Virus record (IMG/VR): IMGVR_UViG_3300043443_000537
Coordinates: 1 to 57,659 of that record
Source: a virus
Lineage: Duplodnaviria; Caudoviricetes
Direction: 5' to 3' (one strand)
DNA length: 57,659 nucleotides
Below the pieces are notes generated by a model. It did not search any database. It was not told where the DNA came from and worked only from the letters and a program-made list of their open reading frames with translations. The position numbers and the translations under genes were made by a program. Below are positions 18,297 to 25,646 of this stretch, piece by piece (position 1 is the stretch's first letter; every line of letters begins with the position of its first letter).

Positions 18297-19310
18297 ATGA
18301 AACTAGCCTCAATCGAAGTCATCGCCGACGTGCGCCCGCATGGGAATGCCGACCGGCTCGAAATCGCCACCGTCCTCGGCTGGCAAACCGTCGTCCGCAA
18401 GGGCGAGTTCAAGACCGGCGACCGCTGCGTCTTCATCGTGATCGACACTATCCTGCCGCCGGCGCCGTGGTCCGCATTCCTCGCGCACCCCGCCGCGCCC
18501 GACCTGCCTATCCGGCTCAAGACCGCGAAGCTCCGCGGCGAGTTCTCGCAAGGCCTGGCGCTGCCGCTCACCGTCCTGCCGGAGCACATGCGCGACTGGC
18601 AGAACGGCGCCGATGTCGGCGGCGAGCTGGGCGTGAAGAAATACGAGAAGGAGATTCCCGCCGTCCTATCCGGCGAGGCGAAGAGCGCGTTCCCGACTCA
18701 CTTCGCGCCTCGCACCGACGAGGACAACGGCCTGAGTCATCCGAGCATCGTCGAGATGGTCCTGGCTGAGCGCGAGCTCGTCATCACCCTAAAACTCGAC
18801 GGCTCCTCCTGCACGGTCGTGTGGGAGAACGGCAAGGGCATCGTCGACGTCTGCTCGCGCAACCTGAGCCTGCGCGACGACGGGAAGAATGGATTCTGGC
18901 GCGCGGTCAAGAAGCTGAAGCTCGACCGGCTCAGCGGATACCTCGAGTGGGGGCCGCGCACGGTCCTGCAGGGCGAACTCATGGGGCCAGGCGTGCAGGG
19001 CAACCAACTCAAACTCACCGAGCCGACGCTGTTCCTGTTCCAAGTCCACAACGAGGCAACCGGCTGGCTGGCGCATTCCGGCGTCCGGCGCGTCGCGGAA
19101 CATATCGGCGCCGAGGTCGTGCCGCAGATTGAGGTGCCCATCGGCTGGACTAATCGCGACCTCGCTCAACTCCAATCCGTCGCCGACGCGCAGAAGCTCC
19201 CCGACGGCTCGCCCGCCGAGGGCATCGTGGTCCGGCCCGCTCGCGCCATCGCGTTCGGCAACGGCCGCCCCGCCGGCTTCAAGATCATCAATCGCAACTA
19301 CGGCGAATAA
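18297..19310 (+). CDS. ATP-dependent RNA ligase, Rnl2-like (DRB0094 type)
   Basis: N-terminal HGNADRLEIATVLGWQTVV; motif I KLDGSS, III QGELMGPGVQGN, IV EGIVV, V FKIIN; start ATG 18297. Confidence 0.92.
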   Translation: MKLASIEVIADVRPHGNADRLEIATVLGWQTVVRKGEFKTGDRCVFIVIDTILPPAPWSAFLAHPAAPDLPIRLKTAKLRGEFSQGLALPLTVLPEHMRDWQNGADVGGELGVKKYEKEIPAVLSGEAKSAFPTHFAPRTDEDNGLSHPSIVEMVLAERELVITLKLDGSSCTVVWENGKGIVDVCSRNLSLRDDGKNGFWRAVKKLKLDRLSGYLEWGPRTVLQGELMGPGVQGNQLKLTEPTLFLFQVHNEATGWLAHSGVRRVAEHIGAEVVPQIEVPIGWTNRDLAQLQSVADAQKLPDGSPAEGIVVRPARAIAFGNGRPAGFKIINRNYGE

Positions 19311-19331
19311 CTCTTTTCCCTCCCGTCACCC

Positions 19332-19817
19332 ATGAACATCATCAAGCTCCGCTCCCTCGTCGCAGACACGACCACCCGCCTCGTCGGCATGGTCACCCAC
19401 TACCAAGTGGAAATGAACGGCAACGCCTACTATCGGTTCCAGCCGAAGGGCCTCAACCCGGAGACCGGCACGCCCGTCGACGGCCTCTGGCTCGTCGAGA
19501 ACCGACTCGACGGCGGCAAGCGCGTCGACGTCGAACTGCCGATGCAGGTGCTCGGCACCGAAGTCGAAGACCTCGCCTCCGGTTTCAAGGGCACGGCCAT
19601 CGCGCTCGTCCTGCACACGACCGGATGCGTCCACGTGCAGGTGCAGCCGAAGGGCACGCTGCCGAAGACCGGCGCCCCCATCGCCGCGCAGGACTTCGAC
19701 ATTCGCCGACTCAAAGGCAATGCGATCCCTGTGCTCACTGAGGAAGAGGAGGACGCCGACATCAAGCGCCGCCCCTCGCCGTCGCCCGTCACTGCCTATC
19801 GTCCCGCCTGCCGCTGA
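19332..19817 (+). CDS. Hypothetical protein with internally duplicated SH3-like unit
   Basis: Two similar halves: VADTTTRLVGMV...FQPKG and VEDLASGFKGTA...VQPKG. Confidence 0.75.
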   Translation: MNIIKLRSLVADTTTRLVGMVTHYQVEMNGNAYYRFQPKGLNPETGTPVDGLWLVENRLDGGKRVDVELPMQVLGTEVEDLASGFKGTAIALVLHTTGCVHVQVQPKGTLPKTGAPIAAQDFDIRRLKGNAIPVLTEEEEDADIKRRPSPSPVTAYRPACR

Positions 19818-19824
19818 TACCGCC

Positions 19825-20190
19825 ATGAAAGAAATCACCTCCCTAAACGCGAACTTCATCAACCGCACGCCCAACGAGGGCGAGGAGTTCATCCCTGAGA
19901 TCGAGGTCGCCTTGATCCTCTCCGAGGTCGTTTATCGCCTCGGTGTCACCGGCGAGGTCCAGAAGGACCGCGCCTGCGAGACTGTGCGTTTCGTCGCCAC
20001 GGCGGAGAACCTGCGCAAGCTCGCCAAGACCTTCACGCGCTACGCCGAAGAGGCTGAGACCGCGCTCAGCGAGGCGCTGCGCGAGAACGCTGACGCCGCG
20101 CTGAAGGCCGAGCTCGCTCGACGCAAGGTTTCGTCGCAGACCTATATTGCGTCTGCGCCTACCCCACCGCCTGCTGAACCCGCTCCGTGA
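19825..20190 (+). CDS. Hypothetical protein
   Basis: MKEITSL... in operon context. Confidence 0.7.
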   Translation: MKEITSLNANFINRTPNEGEEFIPEIEVALILSEVVYRLGVTGEVQKDRACETVRFVATAENLRKLAKTFTRYAEEAETALSEALRENADAALKAELARRKVSSQTYIASAPTPPPAEPAP

Positions 20191-20561
20191 CGCGCCCGCT
20201 ATTCAACACCATCACCGACGCCGACTGGCGTGACGGCATCCAAGCCGCGCGCCGTCGGCGCAACACCTCCACCACCCGAATTCTCATGCAAGCCTTCCTC
20301 TCGCGCGCCAGCGAACTCATGCCTGGCGTCGCCTTCACGGTCCTCGCCGACGTCGGCGCCGGACTCGTCGATGTCACCACCATCCCTGCCGACAGAATCC
20401 CGCAATTCGTCACGGTTCGCGCCGAGTGGCGCCATCAAGACGGTCAACAGCGTCGAGCTGACTTCGACATGACAGCGAACGCGTTGCAGACCAACCCGCG
20501 CCTCTTCGCCGGCTCCGTCACCGACCGCCTCGCCCCCATCGTCAAGGGAGGCGCGTCATGA
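20187..20561 (+). CDS. Hypothetical protein
   Basis: GTGA/ATGA overlaps on both sides. Confidence 0.7.
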   Translation: MTRPLFNTITDADWRDGIQAARRRRNTSTTRILMQAFLSRASELMPGVAFTVLADVGAGLVDVTTIPADRIPQFVTVRAEWRHQDGQQRRADFDMTANALQTNPRLFAGSVTDRLAPIVKGGAS

Positions 20562-21316
20562 GCCGCGATTTTGGCGAACACCTGGCGGCCTGCGCTGGCG
20601 ACGGTGTGGATGTCAGCGTGCCGGTTCCGCACCGCGCGAAGGCCGAAGAGGCGGATGGTGCCAGCGACCTCGACGCCGCGCTTGAACACGCCGAGACACC
20701 TCGCGCGACCGCCGAGGAGGCCACGCTCGCCGCTGAGGTTTATCGGCTGCAAGGCGAGCTCGCGAAGGCCGAACGCCAGCGCGACAACGAGGCCGCCGCG
20801 TCATTTGCGGCCCTGCGCCTCGTCTCCGACATACGGTTTGCGCTAGGTGACAACGGAAAGCGGATGCAGGACGAGCTCGTGGCGTGGTGCAAGGAGATCG
20901 CCGGCGCACAGGCCCGCGTGGCCGACCTGGAACAGCAGGTTCAGTTGGACGACAAAGCAAAGCGTGTCATGGTTCAGTGGAGCAGCGCCGAGAAGCGGGA
21001 ACTCGAAGCCCGCAACGCGCGCCTCGTCGCTGAGCTTCAAAACATCGCCAACGCCAAGCCGCACGAGTGGGGCGAGGAGCGCGACCAGTTCCAAGCGTGG
21101 GCGCAGAACCGAGCCCGTCACACTCTCGCCGCCCTCGCGGACGACGGCGCGCCGCACCCGGACACGGCTCGGCTGGATTGGCTGGAATCTCAGGGTGATT
21201 CACTTAGCCAAGGATGGAAGCGGATGTTCTATGAATACGACTGCCGCACACTGGCAAACGGCGACATCCGCGCCGCCATCGACGCCGCCATGCAGGCAAA
21301 GGAGGGCGGAAGATGA
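20558..21316 (+). CDS. Hypothetical coiled-coil phage protein
   Basis: DTARLDWLE...IRAAIDAAM C-terminus, typical of phage accessory proteins. Confidence 0.75.
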   Translation: MSRDFGEHLAACAGDGVDVSVPVPHRAKAEEADGASDLDAALEHAETPRATAEEATLAAEVYRLQGELAKAERQRDNEAAASFAALRLVSDIRFALGDNGKRMQDELVAWCKEIAGAQARVADLEQQVQLDDKAKRVMVQWSSAEKRELEARNARLVAELQNIANAKPHEWGEERDQFQAWAQNRARHTLAALADDGAPHPDTARLDWLESQGDSLSQGWKRMFYEYDCRTLANGDIRAAIDAAMQAKEGGR

Positions 21317-21447
21317 AGCTCTTAATCAGCACCATTCTTTGCGTCGCCGTCGCGCTGTCGCTGTTTGGATGGTTGTTCCTCGTCATTCTGGACCGCGCCG
21401 TGGATCGCGAGATTGAGCGCCGCGCAGAGGAGGAGGGCGAGCCATGA
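21313..21447 (+). CDS. Small membrane protein (44 aa)
   Basis: MKLLISTILCVAVALSLFGWLFLVILD...; ATGA overlaps on both sides. Confidence 0.6.
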   Translation: MKLLISTILCVAVALSLFGWLFLVILDRAVDREIERRAEEEGEP

Positions 21448-21668
21448 GCGGCCCCAAGCAACCGCGCAACGACGGCAGCCGCCGCATCGCCAACATGCGG
21501 ACGCACTACGGTCGGAAGCAGACCGCCGGCGCGATTTTCTTCGACCGCAACGGCAACCCGATCCCGAACAGCGAGGTCATTCGCGAGGTCGACGAGGGCT
21601 GGCGTCACTTCTGGCGGAGCCGCGGCGGCGTGCCAGTTCTTCCCAAAATGGGGGGGCGCTTGCCGTGA
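21444..21668 (+). CDS. Hypothetical protein
   Basis: 74-aa ORF with coupled overlaps. Confidence 0.65.
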   Translation: MSGPKQPRNDGSRRIANMRTHYGRKQTAGAIFFDRNGNPIPNSEVIREVDEGWRHFWRSRGGVPVLPKMGGRLP

Positions 21669-21895
21669 GCCTACCCGGCTTCTTCACATCCAACTATTCC
21701 AAGGACCGCGCCAAGCGCGAGGCCGTTACCTGGCGCCGCACCGAAGGCGTTGCCTGCGCGAACTGCGGCGGGCCGATCATGGCCGGCATCCTTGACGGCG
21801 AGCTCGTCGCCAACGCCTGTCAGAACTGCCCGGCGACGTTCGCGCCAACCTGCCCGGCCGGCGAACTGGCGAAGGAGTGGAGGGCGAACGGATGA
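21665..21895 (+). CDS. Small zinc-ribbon protein
   Basis: CANC...CQNC; GTG start overlapping upstream stop. Confidence 0.6.
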   Translation: MSLPGFFTSNYSKDRAKREAVTWRRTEGVACANCGGPIMAGILDGELVANACQNCPATFAPTCPAGELAKEWRANG

Positions 21896-22170
21896 ACACA
21901 TGGCGCGTCCCTGACGAACTGCGCGCGAAGATCGCCGCCGTGCCGCCTAGCGTTGGCCGGCGCAAGGTCGCGGCTAAGTTCGGCGTGAGCGAGAACACCG
22001 TGACCAACATCCGGCGCGAGTTCGGCGTGAAGATGGCGCGACAAGGCGGGCCCCTGTTCTGGGGCGCGCTGCGGATAACCGCCCGAAACACCGCGAAGAG
22101 TTCATGGCCGATCCGGGGCATGAAGCCGAGGCCGTTGGCGTGGGCGATGGAGGGCGTGGTGGCGAGCTGA
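21892..22170 (+). CDS. HTH DNA-binding protein next to attP
   Basis: GRRKVAAKFGVSENTVTNIRREFG. Confidence 0.65.
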   Translation: MNTWRVPDELRAKIAAVPPSVGRRKVAAKFGVSENTVTNIRREFGVKMARQGGPLFWGALRITARNTAKSSWPIRGMKPRPLAWAMEGVVAS

Positions 22171-22209
22171 GCGAACCGCAGGCTCACCGGAGGCGCTGAC
22201 GCTCGCGTT

Positions 22210-22490
22210 CTGATTTGCTCCCGATTGCTCCCGCTGGCGGACATCCTGCGGACAATTCAAGGACGTGCGGACAATGCCGCGCGCCTAACCTGTTGAACCC
22301 TCAACCCTTAACTCGCCTTTGCACCCCTTGACGAATATACTAGCAGTGTCTATCGTTTACCCCTGCGCTCGGTTGCGGTCCGTTGCGCTCGTTGTCGAAT
22401 CAGCGACTTGCGAGCGACGGCCTTTGATACTGAGTGCCGCCGGATGCTCTGAGTTGCGTTCCGGTGCGGACAACCTGCGGACAACGGGGG
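22210..22490. mobile_element. Putative attP region
   Basis: TGCGGACAA repeats at 22247, 22266, 22465, 22476; IHF-like sites at 22286-22298 and 22398-22410; directly upstream of integrase. Confidence 0.7.
22328..22356 (+). promoter_or_regulatory. Sigma70-like promoter upstream of integrase
   Basis: TTGACG-N17-TATCGT. Confidence 0.55.
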
Positions 22491-22494
22491 AACG

Positions 22495-23694
22495 ATGAAC
22501 CTCACCAAACGCACCATCGAAGGCCTGACCTGCAAGCCGGGCCGGGTCACCGAAACCTTCTACGACGAGCGCGTCTCCGGCTTCGGCGTCCGCGTGATCG
22601 CCAAGTCGGGGCGCAAGACCTTCGTGCTCCGCTACCGCACCCGCGCGGGCAGCGAACGATACTACACGCTCGGCCCTTGCGACGTGCTCTCGCCCGACGC
22701 CGCGCGCGCGGAGGCCATGCGCCTGCTCGCCGAGGTCGCGCTTGGCAAAGACCCGGCGGCCGAACTCGAGACCCTGCGCGCCGAGCCGACGGTCGCGACC
22801 CTGGCGACGGAATGGCTGGCGTGGGTGAAGGCCCACAAGAAGCCGAACACCCTCAAGAACTACAAGGCCTGCTACAAGTGCCACGTCGCCCCGGCGTTCG
22901 GGACGTTGCGCGTCTCGGAGGTCACGGAAACCGCGGTCGCCCGCGTGCACGCCAAGATGCACGAGCACAAATATCAGGCCAACCGCGTCGTCGTCATCCT
23001 GACCGCGATGTGGCGGTGGGGGATGCGCTACGGCTACATGCCGAAGGGCCCGGTGCCGTTCCGCGAGATCGAGGCCTACCGTTTCAAGCCGCGCCGGCGG
23101 CGGATGTCGGTCGACGAGCTCGTCGCGACGTGGCGTTCGCTCGACACCTTCACGGGGACCGAACTGGTGAACTTCGCCCCGCTCGTGAAGTTGCTCCTGC
23201 TGACCGGCGCCCGCCTCTCGGAATGGCGCGACGCCCTGTGGTCGTGGGTTGACCTTGACGACGCCCTCCTCCGCCTGCCCGATTCCAAGACCGGCGCGAA
23301 GGACATCCAGCTCCCACCCGAGGCCGTCGAGATCCTGCGCGCGCTGCCGCGGACATCCGTCTACGTGCTGCCAGGCGTGAAGGGCGGCCCGATGCGCGGC
23401 GTCTGGCGGGCGTGGGTGGCGTTTCGCGAATCCATCGGGGCGCCGGACCTGCGCATGCACGACCTGCGCCGCACGGTCGGCAGCATGGCGCTTGAGGCCG
23501 GGCTGAACGTGCGCGAGGTCGCTGACCTGCTCGGCCATGCGAACACCCGCAGCACGGAGATTTACCTCTCCGCCGTGAAGGAGCGCGAGGCCGGCAACGC
23601 GCGGAAGGTCGCGGGCGTGATCGTGCAGCTCGCGACCGGCGGGGCGCCCGTGGTCGAGTCCATTACAAAGCGCCGCGCCGTTTTCAGAAAATAG
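22495..23694 (+). CDS. int: Tyrosine integrase with N-terminal arm-binding domain
   Basis: FYDERVSGFGVRV...GRKTFVLRYR; TGARLSE; DSKTG; HDLRRT; LLGH...TEIY. Confidence 0.96.
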   Translation: MNLTKRTIEGLTCKPGRVTETFYDERVSGFGVRVIAKSGRKTFVLRYRTRAGSERYYTLGPCDVLSPDAARAEAMRLLAEVALGKDPAAELETLRAEPTVATLATEWLAWVKAHKKPNTLKNYKACYKCHVAPAFGTLRVSEVTETAVARVHAKMHEHKYQANRVVVILTAMWRWGMRYGYMPKGPVPFREIEAYRFKPRRRRMSVDELVATWRSLDTFTGTELVNFAPLVKLLLLTGARLSEWRDALWSWVDLDDALLRLPDSKTGAKDIQLPPEAVEILRALPRTSVYVLPGVKGGPMRGVWRAWVAFRESIGAPDLRMHDLRRTVGSMALEAGLNVREVADLLGHANTRSTEIYLSAVKEREAGNARKVAGVIVQLATGGAPVVESITKRRAVFRK

Positions 23695-23697
23695 GGC

Positions 23698-23711
23698 TTG
23701 CGTCGGCGCAA
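23698..23711 (+). promoter_or_regulatory. TTGCG-N4-CGCAA operator/-35 element
   Basis: TTGCGTCGGCGCAA; TAGGTT at 23720-23725; 38 nt before ATG 23736. Confidence 0.8.
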
Positions 23712-23735
23712 GCGGGTCGTAGGTTCGTCGGCGTT

Positions 23736-24095
23736 ATGAGCACCCACGCCTCAATCATCTACAAGACCGCCGACGGCTACGCCGGCATTTACTGCCACTT
23801 CGACGGCTACCCGTCGCACACCGGCCGCGTCCTCAACCGCCACTATTCCCAGCCCGCGAAGGTCGCCGAGTTGATCGCTCTTGGCGACATCTCCGGCTTT
23901 GCCCGCGACGGTCTCCCGGACGCCTACCGTGATCGCGGCGAGGATTGCCCGGCCTCTACGGGCGCGACGCTCAAAGAGGTCGAGGCGGCCATCGGCGGCA
24001 GCTTCACCTACGTCTTCGACGGCGCGGCGTGGACCTGCAACGGCAAGCCGCTCGCCGAGGCCATTGACAAGGACGACGACGGAGGCGACGAGTAA
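23736..24095 (+). CDS. Conserved phage hypothetical protein
   Basis: IYCHFDGYPSHTGRVL...LIALGDIS. Confidence 0.8.
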   Translation: MSTHASIIYKTADGYAGIYCHFDGYPSHTGRVLNRHYSQPAKVAELIALGDISGFARDGLPDAYRDRGEDCPASTGATLKEVEAAIGGSFTYVFDGAAWTCNGKPLAEAIDKDDDGGDE

Positions 24096-24145
24096 GCCTT
24101 GACCCGGGCGCCGCACCGGGCAACGTGCGGCAGGTTCTTTCTCAC

Positions 24146-24221
24146 ATGGCGGAAGCTCAATTGGTCGAGCAGCGGTCTCCAAAATCGCCGGTCGCAGGTT
24201 CGATGCCTGCCCGCCATGCCA
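24146..24221 (+). tRNA. tRNA-Trp (CCA)
   Basis: 76-nt cloverleaf; acceptor ATGGCGG/CCGCCAT, anticodon loop CTCCAAA, T loop TTCGATG, encoded CCA. Confidence 0.92.
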
Positions 24222-24225
24222 CTTT

Positions 24226-24300
24226 TGCAGGATAGTTCAGTGGCAGAACGCCGGTCTCATAAACCGGAAGTCGTGGGTTCGATTCCCGCTCCTGCATCCA
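24226..24300 (+). tRNA. tRNA with CAT anticodon (Met or Ile2)
   Basis: 75-nt cloverleaf; acceptor TGCAGGA/TCCTGCA, loop CTCATAA, TTCGATT, encoded CCA. Confidence 0.92.
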
Positions 24301-24304
24301 CTTC

Positions 24305-24422
24305 CCTCGTCGCGAGGAAGATTGCGATCCGAAAGGCTGCGTATGCCAACCCGGTGACCTCGCGAGCCTAGTTGCATGGGCGGATTGCATCCATGCCGCC
24401 GGTCGTGAAACTACCGGCACCA
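24305..24422 (+). ncRNA. Unknown structured RNA A ending in hairpin+ACCA
   Basis: TCGCGAGG/CCTCGCGA, CC-GAAA-GG, GCATGG/CCATGC, GCCGGT/ACCGGC then ACCA. Confidence 0.55.
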
Positions 24423-24426
24423 ATTT

Positions 24427-24519
24427 CTCCAGCTCACCGCTGGATACGGGCGAGATGTGGCGCGGTCCGCATACCCTTACGAAAGAGACCGCCGTCCGCC
24501 TGCACGTCAGCAGGCACCA
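24427..24519 (+). ncRNA. Unknown structured RNA B ending in hairpin+ACCA
   Basis: TCCAGC/GCTGGA, GGGCG/CGTCC, GCGGTC/GACCGC, GCCTGC/GCAGGC then ACCA. Confidence 0.55.
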
Positions 24520-24539
24520 CTTTCGTTCTTTCTCACTTT

Positions 24540-24903
24540 GGGGCTACACCGGTTTCGACTCTCGTCGAGGCCCTTAGCTGCATGCAGGCGGTGCCGGCTC
24601 CGCCTTGAACCAACCGGCAAACCACAAACGCCAACTCGTTTGATATGGCTCCCTCGGTTGAGCAGGCTGACGCGATCCTCGCGGCCACCGGCTACGTCGA
24701 GACCGAGCTCGCCACGGCTTAATCGACCGTGCCGTCGCCCGCCTGACTCCGCTACGGCGACGCGACGACGACAGCGGAATCTCAATGGCGCCCGTGCCAG
24801 CTCGCGGGATGGTGGAGGGTGACTCCGGTCACCCCTAATTAAGCATGTCGACGCGACGGGCGCAGGCGAGAACACAGGGGTTCGACTCCCCTTAGCTCCA
24901 CCA
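24540..24903 (+). ncRNA. ssrA: tmRNA
   Basis: 5' GGGGCTA...GGTTTCGAC; 3' GGGGTTCGACTCCCC-TAGCTCC-ACCA; G3:U70 alanine identity pair; internal tag ORF 24630-24722. Confidence 0.93.
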
Positions 24904-24905
24904 TT

Positions 24906-25033
24906 TTCCCCGTGCCTGCGCAGGCCGAGGCGTCGGAGTCAGTGGCGCATCTGGTGCGTCGCGAGGCTGGCCCTTGGCGCGAGCGTGCGCTACTTCAGGC
25001 TCAGCCTCGTGCTGGGACGCTCGCGGCGGGGAA
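24906..25033 (+). ncRNA. Unknown structured RNA C with predicted loop-loop pseudoknot
   Basis: Closing stem 24906-12/25027-33; stems 24924-30/24972-78 and 24979-86/25017-24; 9-bp loop-loop pair 24961-69/25002-10. Confidence 0.6.
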
Positions 25034-25040
25034 TTCAATT

Positions 25041-25155
25041 TGAGCGGCGGCGTGGAAAGCGCAGGCATGCGCGATCCGCGGTGGCGTCCTGACGACCGGC
25101 ACGGGTTGATCGCCGACGGAAGCGTTCAGCCGGTTCAAATCCGCCCGCTCAATCA
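25041..25155 (+). ncRNA. Enlarged tRNA-like RNA D (115 nt)
   Basis: Acceptor TGAGCGG/CCGCTCA, D-loop-like GTGGAAA, T loop GGTTCAAATCC, ends ATCA; no canonical anticodon arm. Confidence 0.6.
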
Positions 25156-25424
25156 TTTCCCCGATACCACCCCCACGGCTACGGCCCAAGGGTGCGCCAT
25201 TCGAAAAGTCCGGCGAGGTGCGCGCGCACTAGACCGGCTCCGGACAGGGGTTTAACTCCGGCGCTTATCGCCTCGGCGTAACAATCGCAGGCGACGTGCT
25301 CAACGATAGAACGCTAGCGGCCTGGCCCACCGCGATAAACCAACGGGCCACATCTTCCGACCTGCACGGTCTTCATAACCGCCGATCCCGCCGGCGTTGC
25401 AGCGAGCGGGCGAATTTCCCCGTC

Positions 25425-25646
25425 ATGCACATCCTCCTCCAATCCTTCGCCGCCGGGCTCGCCTTCGCGCTCGGCGCTTTCGTCGGGATCGGCGTCGCCG
25501 GTCTACTCTTCCGCTCGCGTGACAACGGCGCGATGGACCGACTTCTCGACACCAACAAACGCATCGAGGACCGGCTCAATGCGCAGGTGTCATGCCTGAC
25601 TCGCATTGCGGCCGCCGCCGAGCGGTCGAAGGAGGCGAAGCCGTGA
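25425..25646 (+). CDS. Small membrane protein
   Basis: N-terminal TM FAAGLAFALGAFVGIGVAGLLF plus coiled coil. Confidence 0.7.
   Translation: MHILLQSFAAGLAFALGAFVGIGVAGLLFRSRDNGAMDRLLDTNKRIEDRLNAQVSCLTRIAAAAERSKEAKP

Noticed and set aside
24146-24221. Stop-codon recoding with a suppressor tRNA
   Set aside because: Anticodon is CCA (Trp) and genes end normally at TGA, TAA and TAG
24301-24540. Mini-CRISPR array or known self-cleaving ribozymes (hammerhead, HDV/theta) after the tRNAs
   Set aside because: No repeated direct repeat with spacers; no CUGANGA core or convincing HDV-like topology found by eye
24099-25255. Short ORFs predicted across the RNA cluster
   Set aside because: They overlap tRNAs, tmRNA and structured units and lack phage-like codon use
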